From a virus: DNA of 64,000 nt. Position 1 is the first letter of the stretch. Every line of letters starts with the position of its first letter. The stretch spans positions 1 to 64,000 of IMG/VR virus record IMGVR_UViG_3300033146_001635; one strand, 5' to 3'. Shown here one piece after another: positions 48,877 through 58,284 of this stretch. Under the pieces are notes generated by a model, which saw only the letters and a list, made by a program, of their open reading frames with translations, searched no databases and was not told where the DNA came from. The position numbers and the translations under genes were made by a program.

Positions 48877-49407
48877 TTATAGGTCATATTCATATTCGTT
48901 AATATATTTTTGAGTTATTAATTGATAAGTAACCAAAATGAAAAACCAAAAAAGAGGTATTAATAAAATACCTTTAATTGTAATAATTAATAATAATGTA
49001 CCCATAAAAGCTATAATAAAAAGAGCTATAACTGATAAAATTAATTTACCTTCACTAAAACGGTTTTTTATATCATATTGTGATAATTCTTTTTTAATAT
49101 CATTGCCAATTGATTTAATAAATTTTTTAGCATTATTCATATTAGCATCTGATAATTTTTCTATTTTTATTTTATTTTTATATTTGTTAACAATTTTATT
49201 AATTATTTTATCTATTGTTTGTTGATTAAATCCATTTCTTTTTAATTTATCAATAGCTTTATCTTTATTTGATAACAATTTATTTTTCATATCTACCATT
49301 GACATTGAAGCTAATTTATTTTGAAATGATGATATTAAATTTTCATGAAATAATATATTTACATCTTCTGATAAATAAATATATTCTTCAATTAAGTATA
49401 TATTCAT
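48877..49407 (-). CDS. Membrane protein with Glu-rich N-terminus
   Basis: YLSE/LFHE sites; two C-terminal TM helices. Confidence 0.6.
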   Translation of the reverse strand: MNIYLIEEYIYLSEDVNILFHENLISSFQNKLASMSMVDMKNKLLSNKDKAIDKLKRNGFNQQTIDKIINKIVNKYKNKIKIEKLSDANMNNAKKFIKSIGNDIKKELSQYDIKNRFSEGKLILSVIALFIIAFMGTLLLIITIKGILLIPLFWFFILVTYQLITQKYINEYEYDL

Positions 49408-49814
49408 ACTTCAACACCTTTTATTTCTCTATTGATAAAATTTATACATGATTCTACATCTTTAAATATATAATCTGAATTACCAATGATCCAAGGATCA
49501 TTTGAAACTATTGGATTATTTGAAATAATTAAAACATGTTTGTTATTATCAAAAGCATAACACACTTCCATAATTGTGCCAGCTGTGAATTTTTCTATTT
49601 TAGCAACTAATACATCACATGATAATATTAATAATTTATCAGTTTCTACTAATCTATCTGGACGTAATTTCTGATTAACTAATTCAAAAGGATTAATTAA
49701 TTCTACGTGTATAGACCCTTTATAATGATTTTTAAAAATTTCTCGATATTCAGATTCAATAATATTACCAGCTAAATAAATTCGTTTAGACAATCTCAAT
49801 TGCATATCTCCCAT
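49404..49814 (-). CDS. Nucleoside 2-deoxyribosyltransferase-like protein
   Basis: IYLAG, INPF, D...I..CDVLVA, GTIMEVCYA. Confidence 0.75.
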   Translation of the reverse strand: MGDMQLRLSKRIYLAGNIIESEYREIFKNHYKGSIHVELINPFELVNQKLRPDRLVETDKLLILSCDVLVAKIEKFTAGTIMEVCYAFDNNKHVLIISNNPIVSNDPWIIGNSDYIFKDVESCINFINREIKGVEV

Positions 49815-50343
49815 AGCTATCTAATGTAGAATCCTGTAAATTATTAATATTTAAATTATTTTCAGTACAATAATTAATGACACTATTATGATATTCTATA
49901 TTATGCATATCATCTACAATCATAACACCATTTTTTCTTTTATATGTTAATATTTCAGGGAAGCGTGAAAATCTATTAGAAGTAGCATCCATATCATATA
50001 AAATTAAATCTTGTTTATATTTTTTTAATTCTATAAAATCATCAAAAAGATATAAATTATCCGTATTCAATTTTGATCTTTCTAAAAATAATTTTGTAGT
50101 ATCCAACCATGTTTTTGAAGTATCAACAGTTGTTATAATAGCATTTTGATTAATTTCTTTTTGATAAAAACGAAATAACCATGAACTAAATCCACTTCCT
50201 AAATCCAAAATTTTAGTAGGCTTGTTATTAACTAAATAATACCATAAATAATTAGTTAATTCACTTGATATAGCCATTACTTTATTTGAATATATAGATG
50301 TATAAATTTTATGTTTTTTTCGTATTTTTTTAGATGCTTTCAT
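49786..50343 (-). CDS. Class I SAM-dependent methyltransferase
   Basis: ILDLGSGFSS, TVDTS..W, DLILYD, GVMIVDD. Confidence 0.75.
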   Translation of the reverse strand: MKASKKIRKKHKIYTSIYSNKVMAISSELTNYLWYYLVNNKPTKILDLGSGFSSWLFRFYQKEINQNAIITTVDTSKTWLDTTKLFLERSKLNTDNLYLFDDFIELKKYKQDLILYDMDATSNRFSRFPEILTYKRKNGVMIVDDMHNIEYHNSVINYCTENNLNINNLQDSTLDSYGRYAIEIV

Positions 50344-50345
50344 AA

Positions 50346-50519
50346 TTATATAGTCTCACTTAAAATAGTTCTACCATCCGTTGATTTTGGGGTATATTGA
50401 TTATTTTCATTGATATTTTGTTTAACACAATCACATTCTTTAACATATGGAGAATTAACTTTTCCACATAAAGGGCATTGCCATCCTTTATTATTTTCTG
50501 ATAAATTATTTTTATCCAT
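50346..50519 (-). CDS. Small Zn-finger protein (57 aa; not in the ORF track)
   Basis: MDKNNLSENNKGWQCPLCGKVNSPYVKECDC...; RBS ggag. Confidence 0.65.
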   Translation of the reverse strand: MDKNNLSENNKGWQCPLCGKVNSPYVKECDCVKQNINENNQYTPKSTDGRTILSETI

Positions 50520-50535
50520 AACAAAACTCCATTGA

Positions 50536-50572
50536 AAGGGGTTGGGTTAAATAAAAATTAACCCAACCCCTT
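50536..50572 (-). terminator. Stem-loop
   Basis: aaggggttgggttaa/ttaacccaacccctt. Confidence 0.65.
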
Positions 50573-50577
50573 ATACA

Positions 50578-51552
50578 TTAATATCGTCTACCAATATAAC
50601 TAGAAAACCCATTATTATTTCCAAAGAAACATATACCATCCATCGGAAAATTACCAATTACTTTAATCCAACAAGATCCTTTATAATTTTCATTACTCAT
50701 TAATTCATCAATTGTAAACGTATATACCCCACCACCAACAACAATTTTTTGAAAACTATATGTATTTGTGGGAGTTACAATCTCAACAGTACATGTTCCA
50801 ACAACATCAGATAAATTAGCAATTGCAACACCAGTCCACCAATCCATCTGTCCACATAACGCATATGGGAATATAGTTTTAAAAGATTCGGTGCATGATA
50901 ATTTACCAACATCTTTAATGTTACAACATATTACACTACCACAATCAGGGCATATTGAATTTCCATCCAAAACACCAACTGATAATAATGCATGTTTTGT
51001 TGGATCTACTTCTGATTTATCATATGTAAATGGAGGCACTTCCACTAAATAATATGAATATCCAGCTTGCACCAAATCAGTATCTATATTTGAAATTAAT
51101 TGCTGTGTATCGGGTCCATGTGCATATGTAAATACAACTGATAATTCAATACCATTAATTCCATTATTTAAATCTTCTTCAGATGCAAACATTTTTACAG
51201 AATAACTAACTGGTGTAGCTGACGTAGCGGGATCTAAAAATTCAAATCCATCTGACCACAATTTTAAACCAATTCTATATTTATTACCCGGAATTAATTT
51301 ATCTTTGTTAGAACATTTTGTAACATCTAACGAAAGTCCACATAAATTAGTGGGGGGAATACAATACCCTTCACCAGTTTGAATATCAATTTTCGGTGGA
51401 GGTGGTGCAGCTGCTTCATAGAAAATACTACCACTTGAAAATCTTTGGCATGTACATGCTTTTTGACATGCATAACTAGTAACAGTAAAAAATACTAAAC
51501 TAATAAAAATAGCTAAACTTACATACAATATGTTCTTCTTCATGATTCTCAC
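50578..51552 (-). CDS. Secreted Cys-rich protein
   Basis: Signal peptide ending SYA; many Cys; C-terminal beta domain FPY...WWTGVAIAN. Confidence 0.7.
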   Translation of the reverse strand: MRIMKKNILYVSLAIFISLVFFTVTSYACQKACTCQRFSSGSIFYEAAAPPPPKIDIQTGEGYCIPPTNLCGLSLDVTKCSNKDKLIPGNKYRIGLKLWSDGFEFLDPATSATPVSYSVKMFASEEDLNNGINGIELSVVFTYAHGPDTQQLISNIDTDLVQAGYSYYLVEVPPFTYDKSEVDPTKHALLSVGVLDGNSICPDCGSVICCNIKDVGKLSCTESFKTIFPYALCGQMDWWTGVAIANLSDVVGTCTVEIVTPTNTYSFQKIVVGGGVYTFTIDELMSNENYKGSCWIKVIGNFPMDGICFFGNNNGFSSYIGRRY

Positions 51553-51564
51553 CTCTTAATAGTT

Positions 51565-52563
51565 TTACTTATCAGTTCGTTTTGCAAAAAATTCCATTTG
51601 CTGTTGATAAGTATCTTGCTCAGTTAATTGTTGTGGATACAACATTTGTTTTAAAGTATCAAAAATTTCCTCATCTGACTTCGCGCCTTTGTTGATTGCA
51701 TGATTAATCATTCTTTCATGTGTAGCCTCCGATGTCATTCCAACTGATTCCATCAACATTTTAATAGTTGTCCTGTTAATTTCCTTAACATTATCAATAT
51801 CAAATTTAGATGATGAATCAGTTTCTTGAATAAATTGTTGTTGTGATTGTTTTTTATCCCATGCTTCTTGTAAAATTTTTCTAACTTTAGTTCTCAATTT
51901 TAATTGTTCTGGATTATCATGTTTACCTGTTTCTGAAATAGGAATACTATTTTTAACAGCATCTTCTTCAATTTTAGTTATTTCTTTTATAAATTTTCTT
52001 TTATCAAAAGTTACTTTTGGTTTAGAAACAATTTTCTTTTTAACAGATGGTTTTTTAACCACTTGTTTTTTTGTTTCTTCTAATAAAATTTGATCATTTT
52101 TAGTTTCTGTAAATCCATGTATTTCATCATTAGTTTGTAATTGATTTTTTAATTTTTTCAAATATTGTAAATCTTCATCTAATAAAAATTTATTTTCTTT
52201 TTTAGTATCTTCTGCAATAATATCATTTTTATGTTCATCTGTATCTTCAACAATTGGATTCGATGCATCTACATATGCACTACGTTCAACTGTTATTTTT
52301 GTTGTCCAAGGTTCTAAATGAAAACCTTCACCAACAAGTTCTAATGAACAAGAAATTTCATCTGATTCTGATATTCGTTTTTTAATAACACTTTGTAAAG
52401 CTGGGATTTCAACTTCAACACGATCTTTATATATTTTTGTAGGAAAGCCATATGATACGCCTTCATACACAAATTCTAGACGTCCTTTTAAAGTACGATA
52501 ATCAATCCCATCAATATTTACATTAAATTGAAAATATTTTGGTTTGGTTACATCTACATTCAT
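51565..52563 (-). CDS. Hypothetical late protein (beta N-domain plus charged region)
   Basis: 332-aa ORF in a late operon. Confidence 0.6.
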   Translation of the reverse strand: MNVDVTKPKYFQFNVNIDGIDYRTLKGRLEFVYEGVSYGFPTKIYKDRVEVEIPALQSVIKKRISESDEISCSLELVGEGFHLEPWTTKITVERSAYVDASNPIVEDTDEHKNDIIAEDTKKENKFLLDEDLQYLKKLKNQLQTNDEIHGFTETKNDQILLEETKKQVVKKPSVKKKIVSKPKVTFDKRKFIKEITKIEEDAVKNSIPISETGKHDNPEQLKLRTKVRKILQEAWDKKQSQQQFIQETDSSSKFDIDNVKEINRTTIKMLMESVGMTSEATHERMINHAINKGAKSDEEIFDTLKQMLYPQQLTEQDTYQQQMEFFAKRTDK

Positions 52564-52585
52564 ATTTTATTCCTTACAAAAATAT

Positions 52586-52798
52586 TTAATTCGACGTTAT
52601 GACTTTTGTAATTTTAATTGAAATATCATCTGATTCATTTAAACCTGATTTAGAATCACTTGTTTTAACTTTAATTACATTAATCTTTGGTTTTTCTAAT
52701 TGTATGTCCCTTTCATGGTATCCACCACCACCACCAGATACAATTGTGGTTGTGCCAGTACATAACATACCTCTTGTAACTAAAGATAAACTAGACAT
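52586..52798 (-). CDS. Small hypothetical protein
   Basis: SLSLVTRG..., GGGGG; in operon. Confidence 0.55.
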   Translation of the reverse strand: MSSLSLVTRGMLCTGTTTIVSGGGGGYHERDIQLEKPKINVIKVKTSDSKSGLNESDDISIKITKVITSN

Positions 52799-52801
52799 AA
52801 A

Positions 52802-53302
52802 TTAAACCTTTTCTACATTATATGATGTCATTTGATTACCAGAATATGTGGCTATCATATTATATGTTGCAACAACACCATTATTAGATCCCACATTAGA
52901 TGCAACATCATACACTCTAATACGAGATGAAATTAGATTGCCATCAACATCATATGTAGTTTGGTCAACAGAATAATTTTCCTGCATTAATCCAATCATT
53001 CTAGATAATATATTTAAATCACTTGTATATATTAAAGCTGAATTTGATTTACCATATGGAAAATAAACAGGGTGTGTGACAGTTATAAACCATGTTCCTA
53101 TTGTATCCGGTGTAAATTCACACCGATATGCACCATTTCCCATTTCATAAAAATTTATCGTTCCATTATATAAATTTCTATCATTATCATAAATAAATGC
53201 TGAAAATTCAGTTAAATCTATTCCAGTAACAAATCCTGCACCCGTTGAATCAATTACAATAAAATCTTCATATACGGGTTGATGGACTGTGCCTAAAATC
53301 AT
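52802..53302 (-). CDS. Ig-like virion protein
   Basis: EMGNGAY.CEFTPD..GTW; GLMQENY. Confidence 0.5.
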   Translation of the reverse strand: MILGTVHQPVYEDFIVIDSTGAGFVTGIDLTEFSAFIYDNDRNLYNGTINFYEMGNGAYRCEFTPDTIGTWFITVTHPVYFPYGKSNSALIYTSDLNILSRMIGLMQENYSVDQTTYDVDGNLISSRIRVYDVASNVGSNNGVVATYNMIATYSGNQMTSYNVEKV

Positions 53303-53336
53303 AATAATAAAACCTTATTATAAAACTATATACAAT

Positions 53337-53549
53337 TTATTTTTCAAAATAAGTAGAAGGTTTAGGGACTCTGTTTTTCAATTCTAAAATATCTTCTAAT
53401 GTAGGTTCGCCCTCTATATTCCAATCTTTAACTAATTGCATAGCCATTGGAATACCATGCCTCAGAATTAATTCTGAAATTGTTAATACCAAAGTTAATT
53501 CCATTTGTTGACCGTCCTTCTTAATTGGGGTTTCTGTATCATTACTCAT
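53337..53549 (-). CDS. Small hypothetical protein
   Basis: 70-aa ORF after the lipoprotein. Confidence 0.55.
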   Translation of the reverse strand: MSNDTETPIKKDGQQMELTLVLTISELILRHGIPMAMQLVKDWNIEGEPTLEDILELKNRVPKPSTYFEK

Positions 53550-53561
53550 CTTAACACCTAT

Positions 53562-53957
53562 TTACTTATTTAAATTTTCTTGACTAATTTCTAAAAATTC
53601 AACCAAAGCATTGTCCATACTTTTCACTATTGTATCTAATCTATCTTTATTAGCGGTTGTTTTTTGTCTCATATATATTTCATATGCTAAAACAGCAGAA
53701 TGATATGTTTTCCAATAAATATCAGCTTTTTGAATAATTTTTTCTTTTGTTTTTTCATCAATCAAACCTTTTTTATAAGCTTCACCAATTGTTTCCATTG
53801 TACTTTCATATGTTGTTGCAGCCATATTTAAACCTTTATAAACATTTTGTTCATAAGTCGCTGTATTGACTGCACAACTAATTAATAAACAAGAAGCAAT
53901 GGTTGTAATAACAAGATAAAAATAGATTGATGTAAAATATGATTTGATTTTATACAT
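53562..53957 (-). CDS. Lipoprotein (possible lysis accessory)
   Basis: Hydrophobic signal with lipobox LLISC; helical body. Confidence 0.6.
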   Translation of the reverse strand: MYKIKSYFTSIYFYLVITTIASCLLISCAVNTATYEQNVYKGLNMAATTYESTMETIGEAYKKGLIDEKTKEKIIQKADIYWKTYHSAVLAYEIYMRQKTTANKDRLDTIVKSMDNALVEFLEISQENLNK

Positions 53958-53999
53958 GACTTGAACCTCGACTAATCCTTATAAATTAAAAATTAACTT

Positions 54000-54013
54000 C
54001 ATTATTATGTTCT
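54000..54013 (-). promoter_or_regulatory. Late-type promoter AGAACA-TAATAA-TG
   Basis: Upstream of 53957. Confidence 0.7.
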
Positions 54014-54020
54014 TAAAATT

Positions 54021-54067
54021 AAAAAAAACCCCGACCATATACAATCTTAATAGTATATGGTCGGGGT
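54021..54067 (-). terminator. Rho-independent terminator ending the GAF operon
   Basis: accccgaccatatac/gtatatggtcggggt with A8 (U-tract on the minus strand). Confidence 0.8.
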
Positions 54068-54154
54068 ATAAGAAAATTAAAAATCAATCCCTTAATTTTT
54101 TTAGTTTCCACTCCCTGATTGAGTGCATGGTGTAATATTGGAATTGATTTTTAA

Positions 54155-54616
54155 TTAATCTTTAAAAAAAACAAACCAAGACATAATAGCTGTTACTATA
54201 GCTATTACAGCATTAACTGCTGAAATAGTTACAAAATATTTAAAAATTTTATCTTTAATAGCTAATAAATCTTTGCCTATCTCAGATAAAGAAGTCTTGG
54301 TCGAAGTATAATGGCGAGTATTTTCATCTCCCTTTATTTTTAATACTTCAATATTTGATTTTAAAAATTCTATTATTTTTTGATTATTTGAGGAAATATC
54401 TTTCTGAAGGTCTTCTATAATAGCTTCTAAATTTTCTTGTTTTTCCGAATTTAAAATGGCAACTTTACTCATCTCTTGTACTAGTTTTTCTGTTCTATTT
54501 AATCCATCTTTCATATGCTCGAATAAACTATTCAGAAGTCTTTCAGATAAAACGAGGGTTGTATCCTCATCCAAATCAACCCTCGAATATCGCTGAAAAT
54601 CTTTATTATCCGACAT
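54155..54616 (-). CDS. Coiled-coil protein with C-terminal TM helix (holin-like)
   Basis: Heptad-rich body followed by YFVTISAVNAVIAIVTAIMSWFVFF. Confidence 0.5.
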   Translation of the reverse strand: MSDNKDFQRYSRVDLDEDTTLVLSERLLNSLFEHMKDGLNRTEKLVQEMSKVAILNSEKQENLEAIIEDLQKDISSNNQKIIEFLKSNIEVLKIKGDENTRHYTSTKTSLSEIGKDLLAIKDKIFKYFVTISAVNAVIAIVTAIMSWFVFFKD

Positions 54617-55871
54617 TTTGTGGTTTCCTTTTCTGTAGATAAGATGATAAAATTGTATCCATCTTTCCTTTTAATCTGTTAAATATTTTATTATTTTCTT
54701 CATTTTCATGTTGCCATTCTAAAATCTTATCTAATATATATGCTTCCTTTTCTTTTGTGGCTTTGTATGGCTGATACCTTTTTATTGCCTCTGCTATATA
54801 GCATGACAACACTGTAAGTGTTTCAATTAAATCTTTTTTAAATGAGGAATATTCAAAAATTTGTGAAAATCCTAATACACCTATAGTAATATTATTATCT
54901 TTAAAATTATCAATAATAGGTATTAATAAAATAGATTTAATTTTTTTAACATTTTTTAAATAATCAATCTGTTGTTTTAATGTTAAATATAAATCACTAT
55001 CCTTTTCTATATTTACTTTGTCTGCTAATATTTCTAATTCCTCCCCCACATTTTCTATATGAATAGGCACAACTTCATCATTGAATTTATAAATAATATG
55101 GTTCCACGGAAATAAATTTATATCAGCTTCTTTATCTTGTAATAATAATGAATCAACTCCATCTGCACACCATTCGTTTGTTTTAATCATTTTTTGATTT
55201 TCATAATCAACAATGAATAAATAACCCCTATCAATTCCCCACAATTTACAAGTTATTTCCAAACATTTATCAATATATGAAAGCATTTCTGAATTTTTTG
55301 TTTTATATAGCAAAGATGATAAATCATTTAAATTTTTTCTAAAAATATGTATTTTTTTTAATTTTTGTTTCATACGTTTAGATTTTTCTTGTGAGGCGAT
55401 AATATTAGCAGCTAATTCATAATAATGAATATCTACCTCACTAAATAATTTATATCCTAACGAATTATATAAATACAAACCAACTAAACAACCTATGAAT
55501 TTATCTTTTAATTTTACACGAACTATAATTACAAATGACCCATCCTCACATTGAAAAATTTGATTTAATTCTTTATCCCTATATATAATTTCACTTTTAG
55601 TTAATTTATCAGCATATTTAATTAATTTTTCATATGTTCCATTTGTAGATAATACATCTCTTGTTTTTTCTAAAGGAGCAATAACATTGGATTCAGTGTT
55701 TAATTTCTTTTCTTTTTGAACATAAACAACTGCATCACATTTACAAATTTTATGTATTTGTTTTAATAATTTCTCAACATTAGGTAATTCATCTTCCCCA
55801 AATTCAGCATAAATCTCTGTTATTTTTAGAGCTTTATCTAAATTAATACAAACAGGCCTTTCTTCTAACAT
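54606..55871 (-). CDS. Tandem GAF-domain protein, no output domain
   Basis: IDKCLE...IDRGYLF...TNEWCADGV...FPW...IKSILLIPI...GVLGF; short coiled-coil tail. Confidence 0.8.
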   Translation of the reverse strand: MLEERPVCINLDKALKITEIYAEFGEDELPNVEKLLKQIHKICKCDAVVYVQKEKKLNTESNVIAPLEKTRDVLSTNGTYEKLIKYADKLTKSEIIYRDKELNQIFQCEDGSFVIIVRVKLKDKFIGCLVGLYLYNSLGYKLFSEVDIHYYELAANIIASQEKSKRMKQKLKKIHIFRKNLNDLSSLLYKTKNSEMLSYIDKCLEITCKLWGIDRGYLFIVDYENQKMIKTNEWCADGVDSLLLQDKEADINLFPWNHIIYKFNDEVVPIHIENVGEELEILADKVNIEKDSDLYLTLKQQIDYLKNVKKIKSILLIPIIDNFKDNNITIGVLGFSQIFEYSSFKKDLIETLTVLSCYIAEAIKRYQPYKATKEKEAYILDKILEWQHENEENNKIFNRLKGKMDTILSSYLQKRKPQNVG

Positions 55872-55885
55872 GATAAATTCCTTTA

Positions 55886-56971
55886 TTATTTTGTCATGCT
55901 CTGTAAATTCTTAATCAAGTTAAAACTATCAGATGCAACTTGCTTCGACTCTTGTTCCCATTTTCGCAATTTACCTTTTAACAATCTTTCGATAGCCTTA
56001 TTTTTTTTATACATCGCTTTTTGACAAATAATTTCATAAAGAATATGAAAAATTATTTCTATTCTAACTAATGCTATATCATCTAAATCTATATTTTCAT
56101 GATTATTTGACATTGTAAATAATATATTTATATCTCTATATTCCAACGGTAATGCATAAACAGTTTTGGGCATATTATCATTTATAAAATATTTAGAAAA
56201 TTTTTCTGGTACGTCATATAAATAAACATAATTAGTATGTGATTGATTTAATATAGTGTGTATGGTAGGCCACGGTCCATATGGATCCGAAATTTCAAAA
56301 TCATATAAACCATATAAACATTGTGCATTTTCAGTAGCATATGAAACAAATGGATAATATCGATTATTTCTATTTTCACTAATATGAGCACAAGTCATAT
56401 TAAAATAAGTACACATTATTCCTAATACTTTTTGTAAAAAATCATCTGTATCATCATCTGATTTATAAAAATCGTTATTAAAAACGTCATTAATAGTTTT
56501 ATTAAAACTTTCAATAATATGTACTTTTTTTCTATATAAAAAATAATTTATTTTTAATTCAAATAATTTTGTAAAATCATCAATATTTTTAATATTTTTT
56601 TGTGGTTCTTTTTCAAAAACAAAAATTAGATAATTACAATATTTATGTTTTAATTCAATATTTACCTTTTTATATATAGTAAAATATTTATGCCCCAATG
56701 ACATAAAAAAATTATCATCTGTATACAGATGATTTAAAATAATATTTTTAATATCTAATTCACCAATTTTTTCAATCCATTTTTTCGGAATGTTTTTGGT
56801 GTGATATATTTCAGAAAAATTATCCATAATATAAATACAATCTATATTATGAAGTAATTCAAAATTATCGATTAATGCTTTAGGAAGGGATGAATTATCA
56901 GTGATATTTAAGATTTCATTAACACTAATCATGGCAATATCAATAATACGAAGATAAAGATTGTTTTTCAA
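55886..56971 (-). CDS. Divergent GAF-domain protein, no output domain
   Basis: LQKVLGIMCTYF..TCAHI...GPW...LYDVP...TVYALPL; similar C-terminal W-containing helix. Confidence 0.55.
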   Translation of the reverse strand: MKNNLYLRIIDIAMISVNEILNITDNSSLPKALIDNFELLHNIDCIYIMDNFSEIYHTKNIPKKWIEKIGELDIKNIILNHLYTDDNFFMSLGHKYFTIYKKVNIELKHKYCNYLIFVFEKEPQKNIKNIDDFTKLFELKINYFLYRKKVHIIESFNKTINDVFNNDFYKSDDDTDDFLQKVLGIMCTYFNMTCAHISENRNNRYYPFVSYATENAQCLYGLYDFEISDPYGPWPTIHTILNQSHTNYVYLYDVPEKFSKYFINDNMPKTVYALPLEYRDINILFTMSNNHENIDLDDIALVRIEIIFHILYEIICQKAMYKKNKAIERLLKGKLRKWEQESKQVASDSFNLIKNLQSMTK

Positions 56972-57230
56972 ATAGTTCTGACAGTTTAGATCCGTTTGTT
57001 ACTATTGATTCACCTTGATTATATTTTTCTAAATTCGTTTTTAATATATTTAAACTTTCTTGAACTTTATATATATTTTCTAAAATATATAATTCATTTT
57101 GAGAAGGATCTATTTTATTTTCCAACATTTCAGATAAATTTTTTAATCGATCCATGAAATCGTGGCCATTTTGTCCACTCATTTCTAATAATGTTGCACG
57201 AATACGATTTTTTATTTTTTCTTCACTCAT
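56940..57230 (-). CDS. Hypothetical helical protein
   Basis: 96 aa, overlaps the GAF gene. Confidence 0.55.
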   Translation of the reverse strand: MSEEKIKNRIRATLLEMSGQNGHDFMDRLKNLSEMLENKIDPSQNELYILENIYKVQESLNILKTNLEKYNQGESIVTNGSKLSELFEKQSLSSYY

Positions 57231-57253
57231 AATAAAATAGATCCTACCAAAAG

Positions 57254-57652
57254 TTATTTTACAGGTTTCTGGTTATCATCTTGAAAGACAAATGCTTTCT
57301 TAGATGGTTCAAACTTATATCCATCTGGAATATTATATGTTTCTACGATTCTTTGAATAAGAGCATTAACTTCATTAATTTCTTGTTGATACTGTTTAAT
57401 AAATTCTTTGTATTGAATTTCTAATTGTTGTTTTTTTAATTGTTGTACTTCTAATTTGAGTAAATGATTTTCTAAATTTAAACTAGCAACATCATCAATT
57501 TTATATTCATCTTTTTTAACTTGATCAGTTTTTATTTCTTCTTTTTCAATCGTTCCAAAATCTTGTACAGGCGCAATACTTTCTTTTTGTTCTTGCCCGT
57601 TTAAGGTTTCCATAGTAGTTAAATCTTGCATGGTAGTTAAAACTTCTTCCAT
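57254..57652 (-). CDS. Coiled-coil hypothetical protein
   Basis: 132 aa; RBS aaggag. Confidence 0.65.
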   Translation of the reverse strand: MEEVLTTMQDLTTMETLNGQEQKESIAPVQDFGTIEKEEIKTDQVKKDEYKIDDVASLNLENHLLKLEVQQLKKQQLEIQYKEFIKQYQQEINEVNALIQRIVETYNIPDGYKFEPSKKAFVFQDDNQKPVK

Positions 57653-57694
57653 TTCAGCTCTCCTTAATTTGGTTTTTTAAAAGTAAAAATTGTT

Positions 57695-57708
57695 CATTTT
57701 TATGTTCT
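57695..57708 (-). promoter_or_regulatory. Late-type promoter AGAACA-TAAAAA-TG
   Basis: Heads the GAF/holin-like operon. Confidence 0.7.
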
Positions 57709-57734
57709 TATTATTTTATAAATAATTGACTTTA

Positions 57735-58274
57735 TTATTCAATGACAAAAATTTCAGGTCGTGAATCAACAAAATTTTCTAATTGTTCTCTTGTCATAGT
57801 AGATAATGAATCTTTTATTGCTCTACCTTCTGCTAACTTAGTTGCAGTCCAATACATAAATTCATTAAATAATGTTTCAAAATAAGTAGCATCTTCCATT
57901 ACTAAATATTGTGTTACACCATCTTTTGTTTCACTTGCTTTTAAATAATAAGGATATGGTAAATTGCCTCTAATTGCAGATAATTGTGAAACATTAAATT
58001 GCCATTCTTGTGTTGCCCAAATATCAGTTGTTGAATCAATTGATGTATGAAAACCATACTGAATTAATATAGAAGTTCTATAATTAATTTCCACAATAAT
58101 TTCACGAATAACCCATACTAAACATTCTGTTTCAACTTCTTCCCATGTAGGTTTAGGTCTATCATCTAACCACACTAAATTATTATATTCATCTTCGGTG
58201 TGATTAATAAATCCACCTTTGAATAAAGGACCCTCCACTAATGAATTAAGTCCTGTATAAATATTAAATCTCAT
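57735..58274 (-). CDS. Tail fibre assembly-like protein
   Basis: W.D.RPKPTWEEV; DUF4376-like helical C-terminus; downstream of the fibre gene. Confidence 0.5.
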   Translation of the reverse strand: MRFNIYTGLNSLVEGPLFKGGFINHTEDEYNNLVWLDDRPKPTWEEVETECLVWVIREIIVEINYRTSILIQYGFHTSIDSTTDIWATQEWQFNVSQLSAIRGNLPYPYYLKASETKDGVTQYLVMEDATYFETLFNEFMYWTATKLAEGRAIKDSLSTMTREQLENFVDSRPEIFVIE

Positions 58275-58284
58275 AAATCGCCTC

